Virus record (IMG/VR): IMGVR_UViG_2687453726_000008
Source: an uncultured virus (IMG/VR IMGVR_UViG_2687453726_000008)
Taxonomy: Duplodnaviria > Heunggongvirae > Uroviricota > Caudoviricetes
Reading direction: 5' to 3' (one strand)
Length of the DNA: 22,869 nt
This document shows, piece by piece, positions 1 to 10,101 of the stretch. Both the position numbers and the translations under genes were made by a program. The notes beneath the pieces were generated by a model, which saw only the letters and a list, made by a program, of their open reading frames with translations, searched no databases and was not told the origin of the DNA. Within the stretch, counting starts at the first letter, position 1; the number at the start of each line of letters is the position of its first letter.

Positions 1-41
1 TAAATTAGCAAAGAAATTCATCACAATTGTATTAAAACGAT

Positions 42-1085
42 TCATTTTTTTATATATTCCTCGTAAGGGAACGGAACTATAATTTCTCCATCAACAACAT
101 TATAGTTTGTATTTTCAGTAGGACTTAAATTGTTAACTAAATTCATTCCAACATTATAGAATACTTCTGCTAAAACTTTAGGGTCTTGAATAACAGTACC
201 AGTCATAAATCCTTTATCAATTAGAGATTTTGCTTCAGGAATTCCATCAATTCCAACAACAGCTATATTTTTTGATTTTTCACCCTTATTATAGCCGTAT
301 TTTTGAAGTGCCTCAACTGCCCCTATTGCCATATCATCATTATTTGAAATTATTGCCTCAATTTTACCATCATATCTAAGAAATAAGGATTCAATAGAAT
401 CTTTAGATAAGGTCTTAAGCCAATTAGCATTTACTAATGCTAATTGTTCTATATTTATCCCTGAATTACTAATTGTTGAAATAGCATATTTTGTTCTGTC
501 GATTGTGACTGGATCTTTAGCTTGACCATGTAATAGAACATATTGTAGAATGTTATCATTATTTTTATCTAGTGCACTCTTATCAGCATTCCATAGATTA
601 ACTAGGATATTACCTTGAACAGTGCCAGCTAAATCAGAATTTGCCAGTATAAAAGCAGCTTTATCATAATATTTAGAAACTTTAGACACTACTTCCGGAT
701 CTACATCTAAAAAAACTATTGGAAGATTTTTTGATTTAACTTTAAAAATAATATCTTCAACAAAGTTTTCACTTGTATCAGCTAGGTTTGCCAAAATTAA
801 ATCGAAATCATTTTGAGAAACGTAATCTATTGTTTCATTTTGTAGCGCTATATTGTTTTTTCCATCAAAAAAAGTAAATTTGATTTTATCAGAATTATCC
901 TTTTGGATATTTTCTAAACTTTGTTTAAGTGATGACATAAATGGATCGAATGTATATAGTAATACGGCAACATTTGTTATATTTTTATTGTTTAAATTTA
1001 GGTCGTAAAATGTACTAATTTTAATAAATTTTACTGTAATATTCATTAATAGTACTATAACTAATACTTTTTTTAATATCCACAT
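42..1085 (-). CDS. MglB-like galactose/sugar ABC transporter substrate-binding protein (periplasmic binding protein type 1)
   Basis: 347-aa ORF with GGAGG RBS. Motifs include FDGKNN..Q, ANW, IEAIISNNDDMAIGA, VVGIDG and GTVIQDP, typical of MglB-like proteins. No permease or ATPase in the window. Confidence 0.85.
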   Translation of the reverse strand: MWILKKVLVIVLLMNITVKFIKISTFYDLNLNNKNITNVAVLLYTFDPFMSSLKQSLENIQKDNSDKIKFTFFDGKNNIALQNETIDYVSQNDFDLILANLADTSENFVEDIIFKVKSKNLPIVFLDVDPEVVSKVSKYYDKAAFILANSDLAGTVQGNILVNLWNADKSALDKNNDNILQYVLLHGQAKDPVTIDRTKYAISTISNSGINIEQLALVNANWLKTLSKDSIESLFLRYDGKIEAIISNNDDMAIGAVEALQKYGYNKGEKSKNIAVVGIDGIPEAKSLIDKGFMTGTVIQDPKVLAEVFYNVGMNLVNNLSPTENTNYNVVDGEIIVPFPYEEYIKK

Positions 1086-1137
1086 TATAATCCTCCATTT
1101 AGGGTATTAGATTTAATGATATGATTTTCTTCTATTT

Positions 1138-1458
1138 TTATGAAATGTATACATCACCATCACCAACGATTACAATTCTGTAATCAGCTTTAAATGGAAT
1201 TAAATTATATTTTTGTGAGTTAGGAGATAAATATAAAGCTTGAACCGCAAGAAAATTTTTATCGAATATAACTATATAAGCATTTTTATCAGTTGAAACA
1301 TTTTGAACATTATATGTATTAGTGTTTATAGCGAAGTTTTTTAAATCGTCTGGGGTATATACGCCTTGCTTGTATATATTGCTTGGAGTAGGATCAGCTA
1401 AAGCTAGAGCAGGAAAAACACATAATAAAATTAATAATACAGCTATAATTTTTTTCAT
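1138..1458 (-). CDS. Secreted hypothetical protein
   Basis: Start moved to ATG 1458 (AAAGGTGG RBS). Signal peptide MKKIIAVLLILLCVFPALALA. Confidence 0.75.
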   Translation of the reverse strand: MKKIIAVLLILLCVFPALALADPTPSNIYKQGVYTPDDLKNFAINTNTYNVQNVSTDKNAYIVIFDKNFLAVQALYLSPNSQKYNLIPFKADYRIVIVGDGDVYIS

Positions 1459-1534
1459 TTCAAAGCCACCTTTCATACTTAGTATGGCATCAAATTTAAA
1501 TAACATTCCTTAAATATCATTGTATGAAAAAAGT

Positions 1535-1571
1535 AAAAGCAGCAACTAGAAGGAATCTAATTACCGCTTTT
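1535..1571 (-). terminator. Hairpin of a putative minus-strand small RNA
   Basis: 16-bp stem whose three mismatches are all A.C on + (G.U on -). Loop UUCCU, followed by a U-rich tract on the minus strand. Confidence 0.6.
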
Positions 1572-1702
1572 TGTGAATTAATATTATGCCAGTACTGTTG
1601 AGACTACTAGTTTTTTAGGAAATACTATTATATAACTAATATATCACAAATAAAGGAAAGTGTGTAAATTAAATAGAAAGTAGTTTGACTTTTGTTAAAA
1701 TA

Positions 1703-1852
1703 TGTTATGATGTAATTGAGAGAGTTAAGAGAATATGTTGGGTGCTCATTTAAGCATTTCGAAATAAAGGGAGTAGGGAGAAATCTTTATTCCCTTTATT
1801 CATTACTGTATTAATAGCAGTAGTTAGGAGAGCTTTAACTGCTGCTTTTTTA
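1703..1852 (+). ncRNA. Putative small RNA: extended -10 promoter followed by two tandem hairpins
   Basis: TGnTATGAT at 1703-1711. Hairpins at 1763-1800 and ~1816-1846 have G.U pairs that favour the + strand and end in a T-tract. No credible ORF. Confidence 0.45.
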
Positions 1853-1937
1853 TTAAAACCCAAAAGTAAAAAAAATAATTACATAGTGTTATAGATTACT
1901 ATAATTTTTAATAAAGAAAGGGACCGTACATATAAAA

Positions 1938-3387
<1,450 letters not shown>

Positions 3388-3619
3388 GATTAATAAAGTA
3401 CAACCCCTTTTAAGTATATATACATATACGGACCAAGAATACCCAACCACTATTATTATATTGGAAATTCTAAGAAAAAGAACAAAGTATATTAATTTTA
3501 TATAGCGAAATCTTACATTTTAGTTATTAATTAATATTTCTCATAGCAAATAAAATTTTAGTAATAAAATAGGATGAAATTTGATAAACTATTAGGATGG
3601 TAAAAGGAGAAATATAGAA

Positions 3620-3823
3620 ATGTATAACTTATATGTAAGAAAAATAATTACGGCTATTATAGAAAGTGATTATAAAACTATAATGGTTTATAAGAGTAGA
3701 TTAGCAGATGAAGAAATAAATTTAATAAATGAAATTGCATGTGAATACAGAAAAACAATTATTTTTGCATTTGTGAAAGATATCATTTTTAATACTGATG
3801 AAACTATATTGATTATAGAATAA
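3620..3823 (+). CDS. Hypothetical protein
   Basis: 67-aa ORF with AAAGGAG RBS. Confidence 0.7.
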   Translation: MYNLYVRKIITAIIESDYKTIMVYKSRLADEEINLINEIACEYRKTIIFAFVKDIIFNTDETILIIE

Positions 3824-4044
3824 TAGTTTTATCATCATTAAAAGGGTAATATATATGATAAAAAATTTATTATATGGAACAAAAGACAGCAAACTATTAA
3901 TTAATTTACTGTCTTTTGGCAACCTGCCAAGCTATAAAAGATTAGCAATTATAGTATTAGTAAATTACCAATATTTATACTATGGATTATTTGGGATTTA
4001 TGTAATATAATATCTCATAATAACATCAAGGTGGTGATTTTATT

Positions 4045-4194
4045 ATGAAAGATGTAACTATAGATACAATCAAAGATACAATAAGAGATCTTCCAGAAGG
4101 GGAACAAGAAGTAATATTATACTTAACAGAAATATTTAAAGGTGAAGAAGAGACTATTAATGAGTATATTAAGAATGAATTAATAGATAGATAA
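4045..4194 (+). CDS. Small acidic hypothetical protein (49 aa, not in ORF track)
   Basis: AAGGTGGTGA RBS. Sequence MKDVTIDTIKDTIRDLPEGEQEVILYLTEIFKGEEETINEYIKNELIDR. Hairpin at 4264-4292 downstream. Confidence 0.7.
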   Translation: MKDVTIDTIKDTIRDLPEGEQEVILYLTEIFKGEEETINEYIKNELIDR

Positions 4195-4249
4195 TATGGA
4201 ACTTTTTATATTAGTATGATAAAATGATAGAGATCCATTGAAAAAAACA

Positions 4250-4985
4250 AAAGTACATACAAGAAATGCAGCCTTTGAGTTGGCTGTATTTTCATTTATA
4301 TCATAATATAGAAGAAGGTTTAATTAATATAGATTATTCTATAATGGTATGTTATTATGATTATATCCACTCTATTGTCAACAAACACCAATAAAGGGTA
4401 GATTAAGTAAAAATACTTAGTCTACCCTTTATTTTACACCAAAATAGAGATAGCGAAAGAATCAGGTGCATGACAGTAAAGCTATCTCTTTTTTATGTTT
4501 AAATCCATAGATTGGAGCAGTTATATTATTAGCATAACATTAAGATTATATACATTGATTATAAGAAAACAAAAAAGCAGTAGTATTATTAATGAGGATA
4601 AATTAAAAAACTGACTATACTGGAAAAGTTGAATGGTGACATTAAATAGAGTAATAGTCACTTATTTTCATGATAATATGCTTATATACCATAAACCCTA
4701 AAGCATACATATAAAAATGCAGCCATTGATTCGACCGCATTTTTTGTCACTATTTACTTTATTGAAATATAATGGTAAAATGTGAATGTAAGTATTTTAA
4801 TATATCTATATGTCAATAGCAGCAGGCAAGTTTTTTGTTTGTTGCTATTTGATTTTGAAGAATTGTTCAGTTAAAAGATATTTAATTCAGAAGAAAAAAA
4901 TATAAAAATAGATATCAGAGGAAACGGAGAACTGCTATCTATTTTTACATATTTAAATTTGGACATTTATATTATTTCTAAATAA
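4250..4985. repeat. Degenerate tandem duplication (~450-bp period) of a non-coding promoter/hairpin cassette
   Basis: Paired landmarks: AAATGCAGCC 4264/4715, TATAATGGTA 4340/4768, GCTATCT 4481/4934, TTATATTATT 4521/4967. Confidence 0.7.
4390..4433 (+). terminator. 20-bp stem hairpin, end of a putative small RNA
   Basis: AATAAAGGGTAGATTAAGTA paired with TACTTAGTCTACCCTTTATT; one U.G pair on the + strand. Confidence 0.7.
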
Positions 4986-5155
4986 TTAAAAAATATCCAC
5001 TAAAATTAATACATACTAACAATAAAATTACTACTCAATTTATTCTAATATGACTTTCTTTTATAATACAGCTAATAATTTAAATCTTATTATATTTGAC
5101 AAAGTTACCAAATAATATACAATTATATTTAGAAGAACATTTAGGGGGAATAATA

Positions 5156-5569
5156 ATGAAAAAAATACTTAATATTTTATTATGCAGCTTATTACTATTT
5201 ACTATAGTAGGTTGTGGGAGCTCAGCAAAGAAATATACAGCTGAAGAATATGGAAATAAGCTAAAAGATGCTGGAGTTACTATTGAGAATATGGAAGTCA
5301 CAACTACCGAAAATGATAAAAATCAGTTGTTGGGTAGACCAAATCAATATACATCTAAAGTAACTTTTACCAATGGTAGTATAGAGGTATTTGCTAATAA
5401 GGAAGACGCCACTAATAGAAAAGAATACATTGATAATATTGGTAAGAAAATGCCTTTAGTAGCTGAATATAACTACGCAAATGATACAGGAGCATTATTA
5501 AGACTTGATAAAAAATTAAATCCAGATGAGGCTAAAAAATATGAAGATGCATTTATGAAAATTAAATAA
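5156..5569 (+). CDS. Lipoprotein of unknown function
   Basis: Start moved to ATG 5156 (AGGGGG RBS). Lipobox IVGC. Terminator hairpin at 5580-5600. Confidence 0.8.
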   Translation: MKKILNILLCSLLLFTIVGCGSSAKKYTAEEYGNKLKDAGVTIENMEVTTTENDKNQLLGRPNQYTSKVTFTNGSIEVFANKEDATNRKEYIDNIGKKMPLVAEYNYANDTGALLRLDKKLNPDEAKKYEDAFMKIK

Positions 5570-5759
5570 TATTCTATATGCTAGGATTAATTTCCTAGCT
5601 TTATTTTTATGTATAAAAATATTTTAAAATAATTAAAAAAGCGGCAGCCATAGCTGCCACCAGTCCATTTTGCATAATTAGTATAACTCAAATTTATTAA
5701 TAAGGTCAAGAAGAGATATGTAGTTGTTTTATTAATATTACTTATATTAAAGGAGTGAA

Positions 5760-6023
5760 ATGTTTATGTCTAATTTTAGTATTAATGATAATCCATTTGG
5801 AATGATATTAATTATCTTTCCACTACTTACATTTATAATATCTCTAATTTTACAACTTTTAATTAAGAAAAAAGTAATTATTTTAAGTATTATTTTTATA
5901 GGGTATTTAATTGCTACATTTACTTTATTTAATTCAACTTTCCTAATATGGTGTTTTGTTTATACGGGTATATCATTAATCGGAACATTTAGTGCAGATT
6001 TAATTCTTAAACATAAGAGATAG
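5760..6023 (+). CDS. Small membrane protein with three hydrophobic segments (possibly DUF2651-like)
   Basis: AAGGAG RBS; start could be ATG 5760 or 5766. Three hydrophobic stretches. Confidence 0.7.
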   Translation: MFMSNFSINDNPFGMILIIFPLLTFIISLILQLLIKKKVIILSIIFIGYLIATFTLFNSTFLIWCFVYTGISLIGTFSADLILKHKR

Positions 6024-6199
6024 CTTACTTTATAATTTCTTTATAAATAGTAGATATATTACAATCGGTAATACTTATATTTATTAATTCTCATTAAACA
6101 CCATAATTTACTTGATATTATCAATCTCTATATTAAAGGAATTTAGAAGAAAATGTAGAAATTAAAGTATTGAAAGTAAAATTTAAGGGGGATGTTTTA

Positions 6200-6637
6200 A
6201 TGAAGAACTTTAAGAGATTGATAGCTAGTTTTGTTACATTAATAACAATATTAGCAGCAACACCGTTAGCAGCACATGCAGAATGGAAAAATAATTCTAA
6301 CGGATGGTGGTATACAGAAGGAAACTCATGGGCTACTGGATGGAGATACATAGATGGGAACTGGTATTATTTCTATTCTAATGGTTACATGGCTAAAGAT
6401 TGTTATATTGGAGATTATTATTTACGTGGAGATGGAGCGTGGACAACTCCTCCTTCAAAGAGTAGTAGTGGAAGTACGGCAAGCAATACTAATAATGATC
6501 AAAGTCAAACAGTGTATGTATCAAAGAATGGTATATATCATTCAAGTCCAACTGCACATGGTATGAAATATTATACTACTATGTCTTTAGCTGATGCTCA
6601 AAAGGCAGGGTATAGAGCTTGTGAAAAATGTTATTAA
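6200..6637 (+). CDS. Secreted cell-wall (choline-binding-type) repeat protein with C-terminal Ada-like metal-binding domain
   Basis: Signal peptide ending AHA. Repeats GWWY, TGWRYIDGNWYYFYSNGYM. Ser/Thr/Asn linker. C-terminus VYVSKNGIYH...GYRACEKC. Confidence 0.82.
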   Translation: MKNFKRLIASFVTLITILAATPLAAHAEWKNNSNGWWYTEGNSWATGWRYIDGNWYYFYSNGYMAKDCYIGDYYLRGDGAWTTPPSKSSSGSTASNTNNDQSQTVYVSKNGIYHSSPTAHGMKYYTTMSLADAQKAGYRACEKCY

Positions 6638-6660
6638 TATAATAAAGGATAATATATAAA

Positions 6661-6708
6661 AAAATAGAGGTAGTACTAAATGTTTTTTTAGTACTATCCT
6701 CTATTTTT
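6661..6708 (+). terminator. Rho-independent terminator
   Basis: AAAATAGAGGTAGTACTAAA...TTTAGTACTATCCTCTATTTT. Confidence 0.8.
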
Positions 6709-6747
6709 ATTAGATGGAATAATTATGATTTCTTCAATAAATAATTA

Positions 6748-6775
6748 TTGACACAATATAGAAAGAATATACAAT
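6748..6775 (+). promoter_or_regulatory. Sigma-A-type promoter for the MBL-fold gene
   Basis: TTGACA-16-TACAAT. Confidence 0.6.
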
Positions 6776-6799
6776 AATAGTAGACAAAGGGGGATTAAA

Positions 6800-7759
6800 A
6801 TGACAAAAACTAAAAAAGTTATTAGCTTATTACTAACTTTATTATTTTCATTGTTTCTAATATCATGTGGGAAAAGTTCTCAAGTTAATAATGTTAATAA
6901 TACTAATAGTACAACAGCAGCTACTACAGAAACAAAAATAGAAACTCAAAAAACTTTAGAAGATTTAAAGATACATTATATAGATGTTGGACAAGGCGAT
7001 AGTGAATTAATTCAAATAGGAGATAAAAATATATTAATCGACGCAGGAACTAGTGATAAAAAGGCTTTAGATTATCTTAAATCAATTGGAATCACTACAA
7101 TAGATTATGCAATTGCAACTCATCCACATGAAGATCATATAGGTAGCATGGATGATGTTATCAATAATTTAAAAGTTGGAACTTTTTATGCACCTAAAGC
7201 AACAACAACAACTAAGACATTTGAGAATATGGTAGATGCTTTAAAAAACAAAAACTTGAAAATGAATGTACCAAAAGTAGGAGATCAAATTACGGTAGGA
7301 GACGCAACATTAACATTTTTAGCTCCTAATAGTGCTAAGTATGAAGATTTAAATAATTATTCTATTGTCTGCAAATTAAAATACGGTAATAATTCATTTA
7401 TATTTATGGGAGATGCGGAAGATGTAAGTGAGGGGGAGATACTACAAAAACAATTAGATATACAGGCTGATGTTCTAAAGGTTGGGCATCACGGAAGTCA
7501 TTCGTATACAACTCAAGCATTTTTAGATAAAGTAAACCCTAAATATGCAGTTATAAGTTGTGAAAAAGGTAATGATTATGGACACCCACACGAAGAAACT
7601 TTAGATAAACTAAATGCTAAAAATATTAATGTATTTAGAACAGATTTAGAGGGAACAGTAATAGCAACAAGTGATGGAACAAATATAACATTCAATGTTA
7701 AGCCAGTTGATAAGGCTAATGACATAGCTCCTAAAAAAACTAATAAAAAAGATAATTAA
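6800..7759 (+). CDS. ComEC/Rec2-like metallo-beta-lactamase-fold lipoprotein (probable nuclease/hydrolase)
   Basis: Lipobox LISC. Motifs IDVGQGD, THPHEDHIG (HxHxDH), MGDAE, KVGHHGS, YGHPH, RTDLEG. No transmembrane competence domain. Confidence 0.9.
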   Translation: MTKTKKVISLLLTLLFSLFLISCGKSSQVNNVNNTNSTTAATTETKIETQKTLEDLKIHYIDVGQGDSELIQIGDKNILIDAGTSDKKALDYLKSIGITTIDYAIATHPHEDHIGSMDDVINNLKVGTFYAPKATTTTKTFENMVDALKNKNLKMNVPKVGDQITVGDATLTFLAPNSAKYEDLNNYSIVCKLKYGNNSFIFMGDAEDVSEGEILQKQLDIQADVLKVGHHGSHSYTTQAFLDKVNPKYAVISCEKGNDYGHPHEETLDKLNAKNINVFRTDLEGTVIATSDGTNITFNVKPVDKANDIAPKKTNKKDN

Positions 7760-7765
7760 ATTTAT

Positions 7766-7797
7766 AAATCAGTAGTCATTATGTCTGCTGATTTTTT
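7766..7797 (+). terminator. Rho-independent terminator
   Basis: AAATCAGTAG...CTGCTGATTTTTT. Confidence 0.75.
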
Positions 7798-7973
7798 ATA
7801 TCCATATATTAATATTCTATAAAATAAATACAAATATAATTATGGGAAAATCATTAAGTTTCTATCATTTCATTTCGATAATTTGCATTATGTAATAATA
7901 TATTTTCTGGATAAAAACATATGAATTTAAAGAAAATAAATGATTATATGGAAAAAGTAAGAGGAAAATTTTC

Positions 7974-8024
7974 TTTACAAGATAACGAAGGTTAAATATA
8001 ATATATTTATGAGAACGTATGTTT
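7974..8024 (+). promoter_or_regulatory. Sigma-A promoter with LexA (SOS/Cheo) box
   Basis: TTTACA-17-TATAAT (7974-8002), then GAACgtatGTTT (8013-8024), one mismatch to GAAC-N4-GTTC. Confidence 0.65.
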
Positions 8025-8160
8025 GCATAAGACGTGGATTTTATTAAAGGAATCGAGAAAATATTGAACTTAAGTATGGTAGAAGGATGTAAGTGGATAC
8101 TATTTAAAATATGGTAAAGTTTATTTTTCTAATAATGTTGTGATAAAAGGAATGATAGCT

Positions 8161-8343
8161 ATGGTAATAAAAGATAAAGAATTAGATATAAATTTAGTAA
8201 GTGCTGTGGAGAAATATTTAAAACTAAATTACAGTGATCTATATAATAAGAATAATTTAGGAATAGTATTTGAAGAAGCTAAGGAAGATGATGAACTTAA
8301 GTTAAAAATATTTAATTCAATAAGAAGATTTATAATGAATTAA
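8161..8343 (+). CDS. Small hypothetical protein
   Basis: AAAGGA RBS favours ATG 8161. Confidence 0.65.
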   Translation: MVIKDKELDINLVSAVEKYLKLNYSDLYNKNNLGIVFEEAKEDDELKLKIFNSIRRFIMN

Positions 8344-8432
8344 CGTAAAAAGATATTTAATAACAAATTATCATTAGAAATTATATATTATGTTAAAATC
8401 AAATTGAAGATTTAGAGTTTTCTTAGAAATCA

Positions 8433-8477
8433 CCCAATAACGTAATGTGATATTTTATATCAGTATTCGTTATTGGG
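8433..8477. promoter_or_regulatory. Inverted repeat, candidate operator of the downstream XRE gene
   Basis: CCCAATAACG (8433-8442) and CGTTATTGGG (8468-8477), a perfect 10-bp IR. Confidence 0.5.
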
Positions 8478-8540
8478 ATAAGTATATAGAAATTTTTATA
8501 GTAAATAAATTTATAATTCCTGGTATAGGAGATGACACAT

Positions 8541-8759
8541 ATGATAAGAATTTGTTTATCTAGAGTATTAGGGGAAAAAAGATGGACTCAAGCTTATTTG
8601 GCTAAAAAAACTGAAATAAGGCCTAATACTATTTCGGAACTTTATCATGAATTAAATAATAGGGTGAATTTAGATCATATTGATAAAATATGTGAAGTGG
8701 TAGGATGTGATCTTACAGATATATTAAAATACGAACCTAATAAAAAGAAAACCGATTAA
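8541..8759 (+). CDS. XRE/Cro-C1-type HTH regulator (YozG-like)
   Basis: AGGAG RBS 9 nt before ATG 8541. Motif TQAYLAKKTEIRPNTISELY...LDHIDKICEVVGCDLTDILKY. Confidence 0.88.
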   Translation: MIRICLSRVLGEKRWTQAYLAKKTEIRPNTISELYHELNNRVNLDHIDKICEVVGCDLTDILKYEPNKKKTD

Positions 8760-8787
8760 TTCGTATTGCGAAAGTATTGGTTAATTA

Positions 8788-9874
8788 ACGTGAGTTCGAT
8801 GGAAAAATTTAAGGGATAAAAAATCCCATCAAAATGTTTTATTATATAAGTGCGACCAAATAAATAAAACAAAGGATGGGATTTTATGCAAAACTTATTA
8901 GTGGAAATATTTTATGATGTAGACAATTTTTGTATTGGATTTGAAAATTACTGTAAAAGTCATTTCCTAACGGAAAATAGCGACCGCAAATTTGCAATGA
9001 TTAAAAGTAAAACTTTATCATTAAGCGAAGTTATGACAATAACTATCTACTTTCATTTGTCAAATTACAGAACTTTTAAATCATACTATATTGAGCATGT
9101 GTCTACTGTTCTCAAACCGTATTTTCCTAAGCTTGTGAGCTACAATAGGTTTGTTGAATTAATGCAACAATCATTAGTTGCACTACTATTATACATGATG
9201 AAATTTAGAACTGGCAAGTGCACAGGAATTTCTTTTATCGATTCTACAACTTTGAATGTATGCCATAATAGAAGAATACACTCTCATAAGGTTTTTAAAG
9301 GAATTGCAGAACGTGGTAAAAGTTCAACGGGCTGGTTTTATGGTTTTAAGCTTCATCTTGTTGTTAACGATAAAGGGGATATTCTCTCTTTTTATCTAAC
9401 TCCGGGAAATGTAGATGATAGAGAAATTAAGACTATAGAAATATTAGCAAAAGATTTATTTGGAAAACTTTTTGGTGACAAAGGTTATTTATCTAAAAAG
9501 ATCTCCGATATTTTGTATTCCAAAGGCATTCAGCTTATAACAAAGATAAAGAAAAACATGAAAAATAAATTAATGTTAATGGAGGATAAAATTCTTCTTA
9601 GGAAAAGAGCTATCATTGAAACAATAAATGACCAACTAAAAAATATATGTCAGATAGAGCATAATCGACATAGAAGTTTTACTAATTTTGCGGTTAATAT
9701 AGTTTCAGGATTGATTTCATATAGTTTTCTTCCTAAGAAACCTTCTCTTAAGTTGGACAAATATCTAACTATGGAATAATTGGAATATCGAACCACAAGA
9801 TTACAAGGATACTTTTTTGCTTTTTTTCATAACCATATTTACCCATAAAATATTCTAGCTTTTCGAACTCACGT
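8788..9874 (+). mobile_element. IS982-family insertion sequence (1087 bp)
   Basis: Perfect terminal IR ACGTGAGTTCGA/TCGAACTCACGT. 6-bp target duplication TAATTA at 8782-8787 and 9875-9880. Confidence 0.93.
8886..9779 (+). CDS. IS982-family DDE transposase
   Basis: Motifs SYNRFVEL, FIDST, GWFYGFKLH, FGDKGY, RAIIETINDQLKN. Confidence 0.95.
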   Translation: MQNLLVEIFYDVDNFCIGFENYCKSHFLTENSDRKFAMIKSKTLSLSEVMTITIYFHLSNYRTFKSYYIEHVSTVLKPYFPKLVSYNRFVELMQQSLVALLLYMMKFRTGKCTGISFIDSTTLNVCHNRRIHSHKVFKGIAERGKSSTGWFYGFKLHLVVNDKGDILSFYLTPGNVDDREIKTIEILAKDLFGKLFGDKGYLSKKISDILYSKGIQLITKIKKNMKNKLMLMEDKILLRKRAIIETINDQLKNICQIEHNRHRSFTNFAVNIVSGLISYSFLPKKPSLKLDKYLTME

Positions 9875-9882
9875 TAATTAGT

Positions 9883-9918
9883 AAATCTCTTGTATTTAGA
9901 TAATACGAGAGATTTTTT
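9883..9918 (+). terminator. Terminator, probably the original terminator of the XRE gene displaced by IS982
   Basis: AAATCTCTTGTATT...AATACGAGAGATTTTTT immediately after the target duplication. Confidence 0.65.
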
Positions 9919-10101
9919 AGTTTGAATTTATAACGTTAGATTTGTATTTTGAAATTCGTAAAATTTGTACAACACGAACATTAATTCTAATATGCATCAT
10001 ATGAAGATTGAATAATGAGGTCCATAAAATAGTAGTTAGATACAAAATATGGTATAATATCCTAATATAGCAGAGGTAATAGGATGGAAGGAGTATAAAA
10101 T

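Noticed and set aside
3855..4010. 51-codon + strand ORF with AAAGGG RBS, and ORF 3722-3922(-)
   Set aside because: Runs through a strong hairpin (3880-3918) whose G.U pattern favours a minus-strand RNA; no recognisable protein features. A type I toxin role cannot be fully excluded.
4250..4985. Possible CRISPR array or integron cassette array
   Set aside because: No identical regularly spaced repeats, no cas or tyrosine integrase genes, and no attC-type core sites recognised.
5080..6566. ORFs 5080-5301(-), 6133-6351(-), 6354-6566(+)
   Set aside because: Overlap well-supported genes in other frames or strands.
9920..10100. Mg2+ (M-box) riboswitch upstream of mgtC
   Set aside because: The predicted promoter is only ~45 nt from the start codon and no structured leader is evident.
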